DNA from: Geosiphon pyriformis uo1
Taxonomy: Eukaryota > Fungi > Glomeromycota
NCBI GenBank assembly: GCA_016748015.1
Contig: JAAOMT010000200.1
Coordinates: 901,502 to 965,501, forward strand
Length of the DNA stretch: 64,000 nt
Direction of reading: 5' to 3'
Below, in pieces: positions 1 through 12,299 of this stretch; the stretch's first letter is position 1, and every line of letters starts with the position of its first letter. Below the pieces are notes generated by a model. The model had not been told where the DNA came from. It saw only the letters and a program-made list of their open reading frames with translations, and made no database searches. Position numbers and translations under genes: made by a program.

Positions 1-3000
1 CTAATCGTGTATAAAAAGTGCATAAGCCGCGTTTAATAGGGAACATGTATTTGTCGAATTTATTTAAATAGCAGCTGAATCACACCATATGCAAAAAAAC
101 AAATTACACAAATCATTTTTATTACATTAAAAAACTATCCAATTTTTCATTGGATTCATCAAAGTAAAGGTTTTTGATATCCTTAAAATTTCTTTGATAT
201 TTACATCAGAAGTGGTTAACTCTTAGATTAGAAGTTAGCATTAATGAAGATTCCAAAACTTAGATTTACTGTCAATGATGATCCTGGCATAAATGCCACA
301 AATAGAAAGAAAGCTCTGGCCTTTATTGTAAAAGCTATTTTGACCGAATATCTTTAACCCCCAATTCTATTTCACAAAAATTCTCTTATGGGAAACATCA
401 TCAAAACCAATGCAAAAGCTGACTCTCAAAACTGAACCACTCTTCAGCCGATGATGATTCCACCAAATATAAAGATCGTAGTTGGAGAAAGTCCTCGTTT
501 TATATTCAAGCAACAATTGCCTTGGGAATCGTGGATTTGTCACACATTTATGCACAGGAGAATTCTCCTTCTCTGGAATCCGGTATTTCATTAATCCTAA
601 CAAACTATTTATTACGTTTCATGTCAACAGATCAATTGGAACCAACCGATGTTCGAAATTGTCGGTATCAAATCATTTGGAATTTAATTTTTAGTGGATC
701 GATAAAGCGCTAATGCCTTAAACTTGGGGAAACTAGCTTCCGAAAGGTATCCCATGTATCAGGAACTGGTTTTTTTGATGTCGATGGAGCAAATCAATTC
801 GCAATCGTGAGTAAACCAGAAATATCATGGGATGGGTTACGAAGAAGGTGTGTATATTCACTTTTGTGTTGTTTGATTCAATATTTTTTCTAATGATAAC
901 TTTTATTTCGATTCAAATATTGGTTTTATTTTTGTGAGAAACCGAAAATAGTCAAATTCTAGTATTTCAAGAATCTTCGTTTCCGCCTATAATACCATCT
1001 ATTTACATTGCCTTTAATGATTATCTTGCAAACAAAAGAAATCAACAAAATCAACGAAGAAAGAAAAAAAGAGCTACTCATTAAATCTATAAAAAATACT
1101 TAATACTATTTTCTGTTAATGATTAAAATTTTATCTAACAAGCATCCAACTTGCAGCAGTAAAATTATGAATTGAAAATGAGTTATTGATGATATCTTAA
1201 ATAATAAAATTACATTTTCGCATTCGCATAATACAATAAAATTCCGCTCTTTATGATTTAAAAATAAGAAATTCAAAGGTATAAATTATGACTCAATATA
1301 TTTTTGTGTAACTGAGCTTTCATAGGTGATCATCTAGTAGTGTTGAAAAATGTTTTTAGCAAAATGATATCATATTAAGGATAGATGCCGCGCTCGGGGA
1401 AAAATTAATCATATTTGCTGTCTTTATTTACGGAAACCATAGAGCTAGTGAGATATTTCAATAGTCATACAGAGTAATTAAAAAACATGAATCCCTACTC
1501 CTAATTCGTTCACATCCCTTAATGCACCTTTTTGCCAACATGTTCGCTCGCTTGATGAAACGGCAAAAAACCCCTTGATGATCATTATTATAAGTGGTAG
1601 ATTTTTTAATCTCATGTTTATTGGTGTGAAAATTTCTTTGACAGTAAGAAAGAGTGCAGTCCATTTCAAGATGACTTTCATTATTATACAAAAAAGCTTG
1701 GGAAGCTCAGCATAATTATAATTGAAATTGGGAATTGTTTGGTTCCGTGATAAATACTTGGACTAACCCTTTTAGTTGAAATAAAAATCCTTGATTTCAC
1801 AAAGCTTACTCATAAAACTTCATTCGATTTGATCCAATCTATTAAGATACAGTTTAATGTCAAATTAAAATAGTTTGTTTCTATGCCTTTCGCATAACTG
1901 TACCTGTTGCCGCTCTTTTATGAAAAATCAGCTTATTAAACGACTTTAATTTTTCGGAGTCTCAAAATGGATTCACGGCAATTACTGTTTCCACCAAAAA
2001 AATGCATCCTGTATTATTTTATCTCTCTATATCCGATTGCATTTTTAGTAGCCACTGGTAGATTAGATGTACATCATTCTCACTTTTAGTAGTGGGTAAC
2101 TCTTTAGGAAAAGGATCTTGATTTCTTAATAATAATAATGAACGAAACGAAGCAGAGCTATACCCAGTTGGTAAATTAATAATGGAAAGCGCTGAGCTAT
2201 CGATAAAAATTTCAATGGTTTTGATTAGACAATTCTCAGCTAGGGTATTTGAATATTTGTAGATTCGGTAAAGATGAACTCAAAGATGAAACAACATTGA
2301 ATCTGTAACAGAAAAGAGAAAAATAATAAAATTTTCTAGTGATGGAAGTAAAAGAGCTCACAATGGTAGATTCAATTAGATTGATACATATAAATAAATA
2401 TTAAATAAAGTGAATTATATAATCAGAAATCTAAACCTGACTCATTTTCGTCAGTAACTATACACTTCCAAAAAAAATTAGTTTACTTTTCAGTCGATTC
2501 ATATGGGCGATCAAGAAAAATTATGTTGGCTGTTTTTTATCTTTTGCAATTAAAATATAACTTTCCTTTGCTGTTTATTTACCAAAAAAACCCATAAAAA
2601 AGCATTCTGCTAGGTAATAAATATCATGAAACGGCATTCATCAATTTCTTAAATTTTTAGCTACACAACAGCATTAATAGATAAACAAATGACTTTGTCA
2701 TCTTCGCCCGATACATGATCTTTCCGACTGTTTTTCGGCGATAAAAAATCTAGTAATGAACTTAAAAAATCTACATGACTGCATCACATTCTTTCTGGAT
2801 GTGAAAAAAATTATATAACAAATTGCATTAAAGAATTGAAACGAATCACATAGCAAAGATCCCGTGTTTCGTATCTATGGCAGGCTTCTTCTATCATTAT
2901 GGAATTGGGACGGAGGAAGTTGCTAACTTGGCTTGCAGAACTATCTGCTTTCAGCCAAAACGCGGCATTTTTATACCAGGAAGGAGATACCAAAGTAAAT

Positions 3001-4380
3001 GGAATGTCGAATTTGAGCCTGTGCTATAGTCACGCGTTAAGACAGGTAATTTTTTAATTAATTTATTCAAAACTTGAAATCTAATGAGTCACTACGTTTA
3101 TGTGGGTAAAAGAGCAATAGGTTTGTGTAGCGTCACCAAGGAGATGATTTTGGAACACAGAAGAATCTCGATAATATTTATCAACGTGATTAAAAATCAC
3201 CTTATGAAAATATTTATTATGAACCGTGTCTGTATTTAGCGCAAAGGCTACCAACGACATAGTACGCTAAATGAAATTTCTAAAAACCTTTTGGAAAAAT
3301 TCCTCTTTGACGTCAAAAAACCTTAAAAACAGAAAAGGCCGATTTATACATGGCAATCGGGTTTCCTTGTTTAGCGGAACTTTTTAATAGAGAGATGCAT
3401 TAATTTAACTTTTAGGGTTTGCTAATAGAGCTGACAAGGTCATTTTTAAATTCCGGCTTGGTATACACATAAAACAAACCTAATTTTATTTCGTGCCGTA
3501 TATTATCGAGAAACATAATTCAAAGATGATGCTTCTGGCCATGACACAGATTCGAAAAAAATTTTCAAATCAATTCTATTTCGTAGCCATAATCCTTGTT
3601 CTATTTTTCAAAAGAATAACATTTTTTGACTCGTTCGCATTTGTGATTTCAAGATTCCCGAGGTATGATCAAATTATTTGCATAATATTTCGAATAATAC
3701 GCTAAAAGGTTTCCTATCTTTATGAAATTCTATTATCTGCTTTTAAAAATTTAGCATGCATAACCATCCATTTTCATAGAATATGACAAAACGGGTAAGA
3801 CAATCACAGCTTTCTTACTATACCAATATCACTTCAATTGTCATTTATATTGTAAGTCCGGTTTCCAAACTTGGACAGGAAGAAAAGGGTTCTTATGAAT
3901 AAGTAAAAATGATGCACAGCGTAGATGAATAATTATAAATTGTGATTTGGAACGTGGTATAGAGATTCCTGCGGGAAATTAAACGATGGAACAAGGAAAA
4001 AAATGATTAAAGAATTATTATTATTATTATTATTATTATTATGTTATATTAACGATATGATTTATTATGAGAAGCGAGATAATTTAAGATTTATTACACG
4101 AAATAAAAATCCTCTTGATCATTACTATGCATGCTTACGTTTTTCGATCAATTTATTTGAAAATCCTGAACAAAGTCGACAATTGAAAAAAGAAACCGGA
4201 TATTTAATCCCATGTTTTATCTGGATCCTTTGATTTTTTGACTCTTTGGCTCAATGAAGAAATCATACAAATAAGTACGGGAAAAACTTTAAAATTTTGA
4301 ATTTGACCGCCAAATTTTTAAAGAGTCTTTCAATTAGCTGACTTTGGCAATAGAAACAAGTTATACTAAATAAGAATATT

Positions 4381-5521
4381 ATGGCTTTTGAAATTGATAG
4401 CATTCAGTTAACCGTTGTTATGTTTAGCGTTGTTATAAGTTTAGCTACAAGTACAGTATTAATACGATATATGTGGAAAAGGTTTACTTATCTGAGACTT
4501 GCTTGGTAAGATTTCTTTGATTGCGGTCTTTTGTTTTCAAATTGTTTTGAGTAATTAACAAAAAAAATTAACATTCTGCTTTTATATGTTCTCGACCCCT
4601 TCCCTTTTCAAAAGTGTTTTTGCAGGAATAACAATAATTCTCTTATCAACATGCAACCTTCTAAAAACCCTATTTCCAAACACAATCTACGAAAAGTGGT
4701 ATTGGTTCTGTTATGAACTTCTCTCGGGAACATACACCTCCCTAATTACAATTTTCTTATTATTCACTGGGCGACGATTTTATGCGCCACAATCTCGACA
4801 CAATAACCTTTTCAAATTTACATGTTTCTTTCTTTTGGCAACTATCATCGTACACGGGACAATTGCATTTTTTGTATTACCACCGCTAATACAAAGTTCT
4901 TCGACGCTTTCTGAAAAGTTTGAGATAAAAAAAGAACCCAATCTGAACTCATATATTGTTCAAGTGATAGTGAGAATGCTAGTTAGCGTCTTTGGATTTT
5001 TGTATGCTTTTATGCCAGTCTTACGCTTACAATTCCGTTCCATGAAAAAGGAATATGGAAATGCAACGAAACCTGACAACAATAATATGAACAAGTTGAA
5101 TAATAATGAAGGATCAACATATGATAGAAAAGAACTCAACCCACAAAATGCCGCAGTTGGGATATGGTACATGACCACCATTACATTATTAGTCGTATTA
5201 TACATTTCGTTTTACGCATCAGTATTCATTCTTGGGATGAAGAATTCGGTAGAAGGAAGCACAAAGGCTCCATTTTTGCCAGTGAATAATGCCATTGATT
5301 TTATTTTACGGATTGGAGTCTTACTTGTTTATGGTATTCCTCCTTCTGGAGTTGTGCTGAAATTTTTGATCAAGAAGATCAAAGGTAGTAACAAGTTGAA
5401 TACAAGTGATGATTTTAATATTAGTATACATGTTATAAAAAATTTTGATGAAGATAACACAACTATTAATGAAGATGTTGAAAGCAGTAGGGAAAGCCAG
5501 AAGGGCTGGTTAGATTTGTAG
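4381..5521 (+). CDS. Seven-transmembrane GPCR-like protein, ~343 aa, 2 exons (4381-4505, 4615-5521)
   Basis: ATG at 4381 opens MAFEIDSIQLTVVMFSVVISLATSTVLIRYMWKRFTYLRLA. The GTAAG donor at 4506 and the AG acceptor at 4613-4614 join in frame (TG+T=Cys) to the 4586-5521 ORF. Seven hydrophobic segments are visible, with a short N-terminus, a long polar loop between TM5 and TM6, and a polar C-tail. Confidence 0.75.
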
Positions 5522-6554
5522 AAAATTCATTAGAAAAAGTGTAGATAGTAAAAATAGGATGTAGAAAAATGTAAAAATTTAAATTAGAGGGATTTAAAAT
5601 TTCTATTACTGACATCAGGTAATGTAAAAAAAACTGATGTCGAACTTTTACTTTCTGATTAATTCTTTAAACTGTCTAATAGTTTTGACACAGTAAATTA
5701 TTAATTATTAAAATACTAGCAAACTTAAAAACTGTTATTTCCCTTTTTTATAAAATTTAAAATTTTGTATTTATATGTTACTAAAATTAAGAATTTATTT
5801 TCGTTTAATAAATATATTCAGTGGGTTATTTTAATAAACTATTTTGTCTTTATAAACACATGTCTAATGAATTGAGTAAAATTATATAAAAGCCAACTAG
5901 TCGTGAAATCTCATTTTTTTATCTGAAATAGTTACCCTCCGACCTTGATGAAAAATTTAAAGATCAATTATTAAACATTGTAGAATCTGGTAAATGAATA
6001 TGTCCTTTATCACGTGGCCCGTTCCTTATAAATTCCATCGAAATTAGGGAAAAACAATTTAATTAAGTATCTTTTGTCAAATATCATATTTTCAAATGGC
6101 AATTGAAGGAGCTTATCCAAGGTAAATTTAAAAGGAATGCCACGATGCATTCTAGAATAAAAATTAGTGCCATCCTCAAATAAAACTCCAATATAGTGAA
6201 CAGCTATAGTCTCGCTTAAAAAACTGTACCATTTTGCTGGCTGACATAAAATTTGCCTTGGCTTATTCTTACACTTCTCTCTTTCGTCTTTAGTCTTTTT
6301 ATTACATTTCTCTTCTGAAGTGTGCTCTAGTGAAAAAGTTTAGAAAGAGCATCCAAAATAAATTTAGAAATAACAGTTTTTACAGATTATAAGAAAATTT
6401 CCCCACTAGTCTGAAGGTTTTGGGTGGCGCTTGGAATTTACAAATGTAATGAGGGAATAAACAAAAGTAAAGAAGGCTAAGAATAAAGGTCAAGTACTTA
6501 CATTCTTAGATTAAGTTATTAAACGGAAGATTGGAAGGCAAAAAACCTAACACA

Positions 6555-8010
6555 TCAATAATAGGTAATACCAAGTATTGTTAAATAACACTCATCAAGC
6601 AATCCCCGGAGGAAGATCCCGGCAGTTGTACACATTGGACCTTCCGATTCTTTGGATTTTGCCATATTACAAGTCTTGGATTGTAAGCTTCGTTCTGGAT
6701 AATAATACGGACCCCTAATTCCTTAACCTTGCTGATTAGACGTTGTCGAAAACAATAATGTCCCCAACAATGCATTTTCCAAACAGTTTTTCGTGTAATC
6801 TTTCTTGTCTTGCGATTCACTATCTCTGAAACTTCAAAAGGAGGAAATGACAATGGCATCGAATTCGGGAAAAAATCTAACTGATTTCCAGTGATTTCAC
6901 TTTGCATACATACAGCTTTTCGCCACACTCGAAATCGCCTTATCGAGTCGCCAGGCCATTTATTTTTACATTTTGAGGAGGATACTAATAAATTATTCTT
7001 TTTGCAGATTATATCATCCAAGTATTTGCAAATGCCAACATAGGTCCAATAGAATGTTCACCAATCTTATATGCACCGTTTGTGGGAGAGTACCATGTAA
7101 AAGGTGTATAAGCTCCAGAATTAAATAGAGACTGTATGAACAGAGCTATTCGCTTGGGTTTCGCAGAGCTGTTTTTATGTCTCATATACTCAGACTAATT
7201 CTACTCATTAATTTTGCGAGAATAAGTGAGCTTGCCATCCGACATTATCTGGTGAAAAACCGGCCGCTATTATTATGTCTCTTTTTTCCGAAATGAAAAG
7301 GCCTTATCATTATCCAGAATGATGGTACGCTTATAACAATGTGTGTAAGCATCATCGGATTATGGAGATAAGTGACATAGAAACGTTTCTATGTGGATTT
7401 CGAAAATTTCTGTGCACGAATTGTCAGTTTGTCGCAGATCTTTCAAGATCGAAATGATAGTGTGTTGATAGGCCTTGCCGATTCGCATTACACTTAATCA
7501 CTTCTTCCTTAGCAATAAATACTTCATCAATTTTATCAGTGGGCGCTTTGCCGTGCACACTCCAAAACATTCTGAGACACACAACAGTTCGGATGAACTT
7601 GCGCTCATCCCATGTTCGGAGTTTTTTGTCTTCGTTTTCATTAACTTAATTTCCAGGCAGAAATCTGTTTAAAGCTCAAGTTATCTTGATGGATTGAGTC
7701 TTCATCCAAGAGTGTTGATATGGGTGATGTCGACACTATTAGACAACGATACTATAAGCAAATCTCGTCAAGCCCAGCCACCGCTTCAAGAGCTGCTTTT
7801 GAAGATGTTTTAGATACACCTTGATTAATAGTGAATTGTTGAGAATATCTGATATTGCTACGAGCTGTTATGCGTTTTTCGTCTGCTATGATGCTCCCGT
7901 CAATAGCAGCCAGCTGCATGCGACAGATAAAGACTGTGTTGATAAAAATGTTTATGAAGAGGTCGGCAAAGTATATCCTGGTGGGTGACCACAACTTTCG
8001 AGACCATTCC
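6555..8010 (-). pseudogene. Decayed TnpB-family / Fanzor2 RNA-guided nuclease (IS607 OrfB-like), with multiple frameshifts, stops and deletions
   Basis: Motifs appear in order across shifting frames: WSRKLWSPT (~8005-7985); LIKVYLKHLQKQLLKRWLGLTRFAY (OrfB N-terminal helix, ~7830-7755); FRS*K..LTIRAQ; SDGKLTYSRKINE; CETQ..VSI / SGAYTPFTWYSPT (RuvC-I region, ~7165-7085); FPPFEVSEIVNRKTRKITRKTVWKMHCWGHYCFRQRLISK; IIIQNEAY-SKTC (RuvC-II and start of Zn finger); GKIQRIGRSNVYNC; GIFLRGLLD (C-terminus). Confidence 0.85.
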
Positions 8011-8150
8011 GCGACTTGTTCGTAGGTGGGAAATCGAGAGAGAAGTTGCTTTGTCGCTCGATCCTCTTTTGCTTTGCACTAGAGACACGGGTATAGAGTT
8101 AATCTTTCTTGGTGGCAGAGGTGGTGAAGATGGTATCAGATGAGGTATTT
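7930..8150 (-). pseudogene. IS607-type serine recombinase (TnpA) remnant overlapping the Fanzor N-terminus
   Basis: The minus strand reads KKD*LYTRVSSAKQKRIERQ (YxRVSS catalytic-serine motif, ~8098-8055). Another frame reads GMVSKVVVTHQDILCR, matching the resolvase VVVxHxDRLxR motif. Confidence 0.75.
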
Positions 8151-8184
8151 ATTTTCGCAAATCTTTTCTATTGGTTAAATCCAA

Positions 8185-11100
8185 ATGTTAATCATTGATT
8201 GGCTTCATCATTCGATAATTTTTTGTTTGCTTCCTTGCTTTATGGTATTCTCTGGACAAAAGCTGTCAATGTCACCAGTGCAAAAAACGCTATTCTCTTT
8301 TATACAGATTCAGCGCCTTCTATCAAAGTCTCATACTAATTCAAGGACATTGAAACATCAAGCATCCTCTAATTGTTCACGCTCTCAGCGACTCATTAAT
8401 AAAGACCGCTACTATATTCTCTCTCTGAGGGTTACTTGTAAATTTCGTCCTGGGGATTTCTTCCTGTCTCCACCAACAGGAATTAGTCGTTTTTTGAGTA
8501 CAAACTGTAGCGCTGAACTCCAGGTTAACAAAGTACCAGACCTGGATAAGTCGAATATTCCTTGGACAGTAAAATGTTTTCTTGCCCTTCTGAATGAATG
8601 TGCCAATCAGGCTCATAAAGAGCGACAAATTGACCCAAATGTGATGAACGTCATGTGGGACTTATATGTCTCAATTGAATCGCAAGAAAAAGTATTTTTG
8701 AAGTTGGATGATTTCAATCTATTTATCTATATATTAAAACATTATGATCACAAAATCAAGCAACAACCATCAAAATTGATCAAGATTCTAGATGATATCA
8801 AGGAAGTCAAGCTGAAGTTTGGGAGGCAGCACTACAATACTTTGATTCAAGCACTAGGATGGAAAAAAGATCTAGCAGGTGCACTAATGGTTTTCCTCGA
8901 ACTACAATCTCATAGATTTCCACCAAATGGAGTGACTTTCGATTCATTAATGGATGCGTTCCTCTCGAGTTTTAATCACAAGGAGGCCATGAAATTATAT
9001 CGGGGGCTCAAAGATCCCATTATCCCACAGGATGTTCCCATAAAATTTTTCATCAAACTTCTTAAGTTTCAATGTGATCGAGGCTATCTGAAGTCTGCGA
9101 TCTCAATATATAAAGATATGATAGAGGCAGATCGACAACCCTCGATCTACGTAGCCAACGTAATCTTGAGTGCAATATGTGAACATAATGATTTGACGAC
9201 AGGCTTACAATTTTTTCGAGATAATTATCCCCCAAACGCAGCAAAAATTGCTTCTAGTTACAATATTCTTCTTACTACTGCACTCCAAAATGACGAACGC
9301 ATTATGATCCTTCAAATTTGGAAAGAAATGGTAGACAACGAAGTGGAACCAGATATAATTTCATATACACTTCTAATGCGACTTCATCTCCGCGAATTGA
9401 AGCTCAGAGAAGCTCTCGATGTTTACACAGAGATGCTTAAAATAAATATTATTCCAGACTCTCCTATATTCCGGATTTTGGTTCAAGCGTGTGTTTTCAA
9501 GGAAGAGTGGAAACCTATGTTGCCATTTATTTGTGAAGAAATGAAACAATTCGATTTCATTGATCAGAGTTCTTTGACATATAATATTGTTCTCAAAGCT
9601 CTTACTCAGCTTGGAATCAAGTTCGCCCAACGCGTTATGTATGATTTAATTTGTGCTGGATTATCTGTTGACAGTAGATCCCCTAAAGCTTTGATTGAAG
9701 AATACGTGTCTCGTAATGATTTACCAAGTGCCTCTCAAATCTTACAACGCTGCCAATCTCATAACATCCTCCCTGATCAACAAACATATGAAATTTTAAT
9801 TCGTGCTTATATACGTGAAGGGAATATTTTACAAGTCCAAAAATACTATAGCGAATTTATTAGCAACAATAATCGCGATTTCCCTCAGAGAGCTTGGCCG
9901 AAACAAAACGATGACATATCCGGTATAAACGAATTTCTCAAATTATGTTCAAAAAACAAATTGAAATTCGGGATCGATTTCTTTGAACATATCCAAAAGC
10001 TTGGCTTCAAGGGAAACACAATGACGTACACCATATTAGTTCAATTTTTACTGGATTTAGGGCGTCGTGAAGACAATAAACTTTTAGCACGCATATACGA
10101 AAATGCATCTACCTCAAATATACAATTTCCTCTTGATATATATAATCTTTTATTGCGCCGGTTTATAATTACACGAAACACAATATGCATGCATAAAGTC
10201 TTCGAGGATATGATGCATGCCAATCTTGAGCCCGATTCCGAAACATTCAGGGTTTTAGTAGACGGATTTAACAAATTTTCAGAAGCTGATGTATTGGAAA
10301 TAGTTTATGATAAATTAAAAAAATCATTCAGTGCCAAATTGAGTAGAATTAATTACAATGGATTTATTTATGGATTCTGCCGGAATTCTAGAATGAATCT
10401 GGCTTATAAGGTATATACGGATATGCGCACGTCCGGATTGTCTCCTGATGTTATAACCTTTAGCCACTTAATCAACGGTTACGCGAGTGAGAAAGATATT
10501 AAATCAGCACATCTGATATTCAGCGATATGCCCTTATCAGGAATTAAACCGACGATCGATATCTACCAATCTCTCATAAATGGATATATAAACTTATCAC
10601 TACCATCAAAAGCCATCCAATTATATGAGGATCTGGCCAAAGTACAACCCTTTCTGATCGATAATTCGATTTATCATAATATTATTTCGGCGTGCCTTCA
10701 AACATCAAACTTTGGGCTTGCTAACGAATTACTTAACAAAATGGAAAAAGACACAACCCCTTCCAAGAGATTCACTGGGGTCATTATTCAAAGCATTGAT
10801 CGTCAAGATCTTGGGACGGCTATTTTTATATTTGAACATATGGTAATAAAAAAAATAGAAATCACTTTATTATTATGCCAACATCTCGTAGAAGCTTTGT
10901 CGAAACACTCTGAATTTCCTTTGGTCCGTCGTTTATACCGTTATTTGGTAGCCCGTAAAGGTAGACGTAAAGTGCTGTTAAGTATGGCCCTCTTAAATTC
11001 TGTTATTAAATGCGCATCGATGACAAAACATACTAGATATGCTAAAAGGGTTCTCGAAGATTTACTGCGCTTTGGTTTCACACCTTCGACTGAGACAATG

Positions 11101-11979
11101 AATGCCTTTATAAGTGGTCCGATCAGAGCAGGACACATTGAAGAAGCGAAAAAATTGATGGATAAAATGCGAGCTCTTTATAATATCGCACCAAATACAG
11201 AAACTTTCTCGATGATGATCAATTCGTTGGTACATCGCGGTCAACTCGGAGAAGCAATGGCAGTATTGCGGTCAATGAAGCAAATTGACATTAGACCTAA
11301 TATTGCAATATTCAATTCAATTTTTGACGGATATATTCACAGTTGCCCCTGGCGTGTTGCCTTACGTGTATTAGAACAACTATTACGAGAGTATCCATTC
11401 AAACCTGATATTGGAACTGCCAACATTCTATGTGAATTTTTGATCAAGAAAAGATCTAGATCGTTACTAAAATTACGTGAATTATATAATTGTTTGCATG
11501 GACGTGGCATGGAAGTTTTCATGAAAAATGAGATCGGGGCAGTAAAGGAACAAGTCAGTGAGTCGCCTCTAGTAAACGGACCTTCAAGGCTAGATTCTCC
11601 TTCTTTGGAAGTTGGAAAACCCTATCAAGATTTAATTTCACATGATAAAACCAATTTCCAAGATTTTGCCAGCGATCACCAGATATTTGATTTACTTTTT
11701 AAAATTACAAAAATTCGAGTCAAAAATAAAAAATCTGTTTCCACAAATCAGCAAAATTTAAATGAGCTCATCGATGAACATCAAAAGACCCCCAAGAATG
11801 AAACACTCAATGAAATAATAGATTTATATTTCCAAGTAAGCAAAGAATCCTTAAAATCACTTACGTTGACTCGATCTACATATGTAAAGTTCTTGAAAGC
11901 CTTCTGGAAATATGAAGATGTGAGTGCAACTCGGCAAGTCTTTGCAGATATGAGAAAAAGAAAAAAATTAATATTATAA
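8185..11979 (+). CDS. Pentatricopeptide repeat (PPR) protein, probably mitochondrial; the true start may be ATG 8269 (MSPVQKT...)
   Basis: Single 1264-codon ORF with many 35-aa PPR-type repeats (e.g. YNGFIYGFCRNSRMNLAYKVYTDMRTSGLSPDVITFSHLINGYA, PNTETFSMMINSLVHRGQLGEAMAVLRSM). The stretch after M29 is rich in R/S/K and poor in acidic residues, like a mitochondrial presequence. Confidence 0.92.
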   Translation: MLIIDWLHHSIIFCLLPCFMVFSGQKLSMSPVQKTLFSFIQIQRLLSKSHTNSRTLKHQASSNCSRSQRLINKDRYYILSLRVTCKFRPGDFFLSPPTGISRFLSTNCSAELQVNKVPDLDKSNIPWTVKCFLALLNECANQAHKERQIDPNVMNVMWDLYVSIESQEKVFLKLDDFNLFIYILKHYDHKIKQQPSKLIKILDDIKEVKLKFGRQHYNTLIQALGWKKDLAGALMVFLELQSHRFPPNGVTFDSLMDAFLSSFNHKEAMKLYRGLKDPIIPQDVPIKFFIKLLKFQCDRGYLKSAISIYKDMIEADRQPSIYVANVILSAICEHNDLTTGLQFFRDNYPPNAAKIASSYNILLTTALQNDERIMILQIWKEMVDNEVEPDIISYTLLMRLHLRELKLREALDVYTEMLKINIIPDSPIFRILVQACVFKEEWKPMLPFICEEMKQFDFIDQSSLTYNIVLKALTQLGIKFAQRVMYDLICAGLSVDSRSPKALIEEYVSRNDLPSASQILQRCQSHNILPDQQTYEILIRAYIREGNILQVQKYYSEFISNNNRDFPQRAWPKQNDDISGINEFLKLCSKNKLKFGIDFFEHIQKLGFKGNTMTYTILVQFLLDLGRREDNKLLARIYENASTSNIQFPLDIYNLLLRRFIITRNTICMHKVFEDMMHANLEPDSETFRVLVDGFNKFSEADVLEIVYDKLKKSFSAKLSRINYNGFIYGFCRNSRMNLAYKVYTDMRTSGLSPDVITFSHLINGYASEKDIKSAHLIFSDMPLSGIKPTIDIYQSLINGYINLSLPSKAIQLYEDLAKVQPFLIDNSIYHNIISACLQTSNFGLANELLNKMEKDTTPSKRFTGVIIQSIDRQDLGTAIFIFEHMVIKKIEITLLLCQHLVEALSKHSEFPLVRRLYRYLVARKGRRKVLLSMALLNSVIKCASMTKHTRYAKRVLEDLLRFGFTPSTETMNAFISGPIRAGHIEEAKKLMDKMRALYNIAPNTETFSMMINSLVHRGQLGEAMAVLRSMKQIDIRPNIAIFNSIFDGYIHSCPWRVALRVLEQLLREYPFKPDIGTANILCEFLIKKRSRSLLKLRELYNCLHGRGMEVFMKNEIGAVKEQVSESPLVNGPSRLDSPSLEVGKPYQDLISHDKTNFQDFASDHQIFDLLFKITKIRVKNKKSVSTNQQNLNELIDEHQKTPKNETLNEIIDLYFQVSKESLKSLTLTRSTYVKFLKAFWKYEDVSATRQVFADMRKRKKLIL

Positions 11980-12299
11980 AACAAAGGAGTCAAATTCCTG
12001 ATTTGAAAGATCTCCATGAGCAATTATCTTGCACGCAGGCCCCAACTATTAAGAGATTATCATGTGCAAGAGCGTGAATAGTGCCACAACAAACTCCCCG
12101 TGATTGGATAACAATTATATTAGAGTCTCGGGGTCCAAGTTATAATTATACAGGTTTTCTTTTTTTAACTGTCTAAACAAGACTTGTTAGTTAGATCCAA
12201 GATTGCGACGATATCTTCTTTGAAGTGTGTTTGTAGGATAACAATAAATTGAGCATTAAATTCACATGATAAAATTTATCTTTTATTATTTTACCAGAA

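Larger units (their letters stand above)
6555..8160 (-). mobile_element. Degenerate IS607-like (TnpA + Fanzor2/TnpB) element
   Basis: Serine-recombinase and TnpB remnants overlap on the same strand in IS607 order. The element ends were not located precisely. Confidence 0.7.

Noticed and set aside
180-850. Coding-like stretch (KDRSWRKSSFYIQATIALG...) that may be a pseudogene fragment
   Set aside because: It is broken by stops with no clear start or splice structure, so a family cannot be assigned without a search.
2811-2993. GC-richer 60-aa minus-strand ORF
   Set aside because: No recognisable motif or supporting exons.
8377-12023. Antisense ORFs within the PPR gene (also within the AOX, BBE and DUF4238 genes)
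   Set aside because: They are shadows of real coding sequence.
12027-12071. TCTTGCAC...GTGCAAGA inverted repeat downstream of the PPR gene
   Set aside because: The arms are only 8 bp and occur once, which is compatible with chance.
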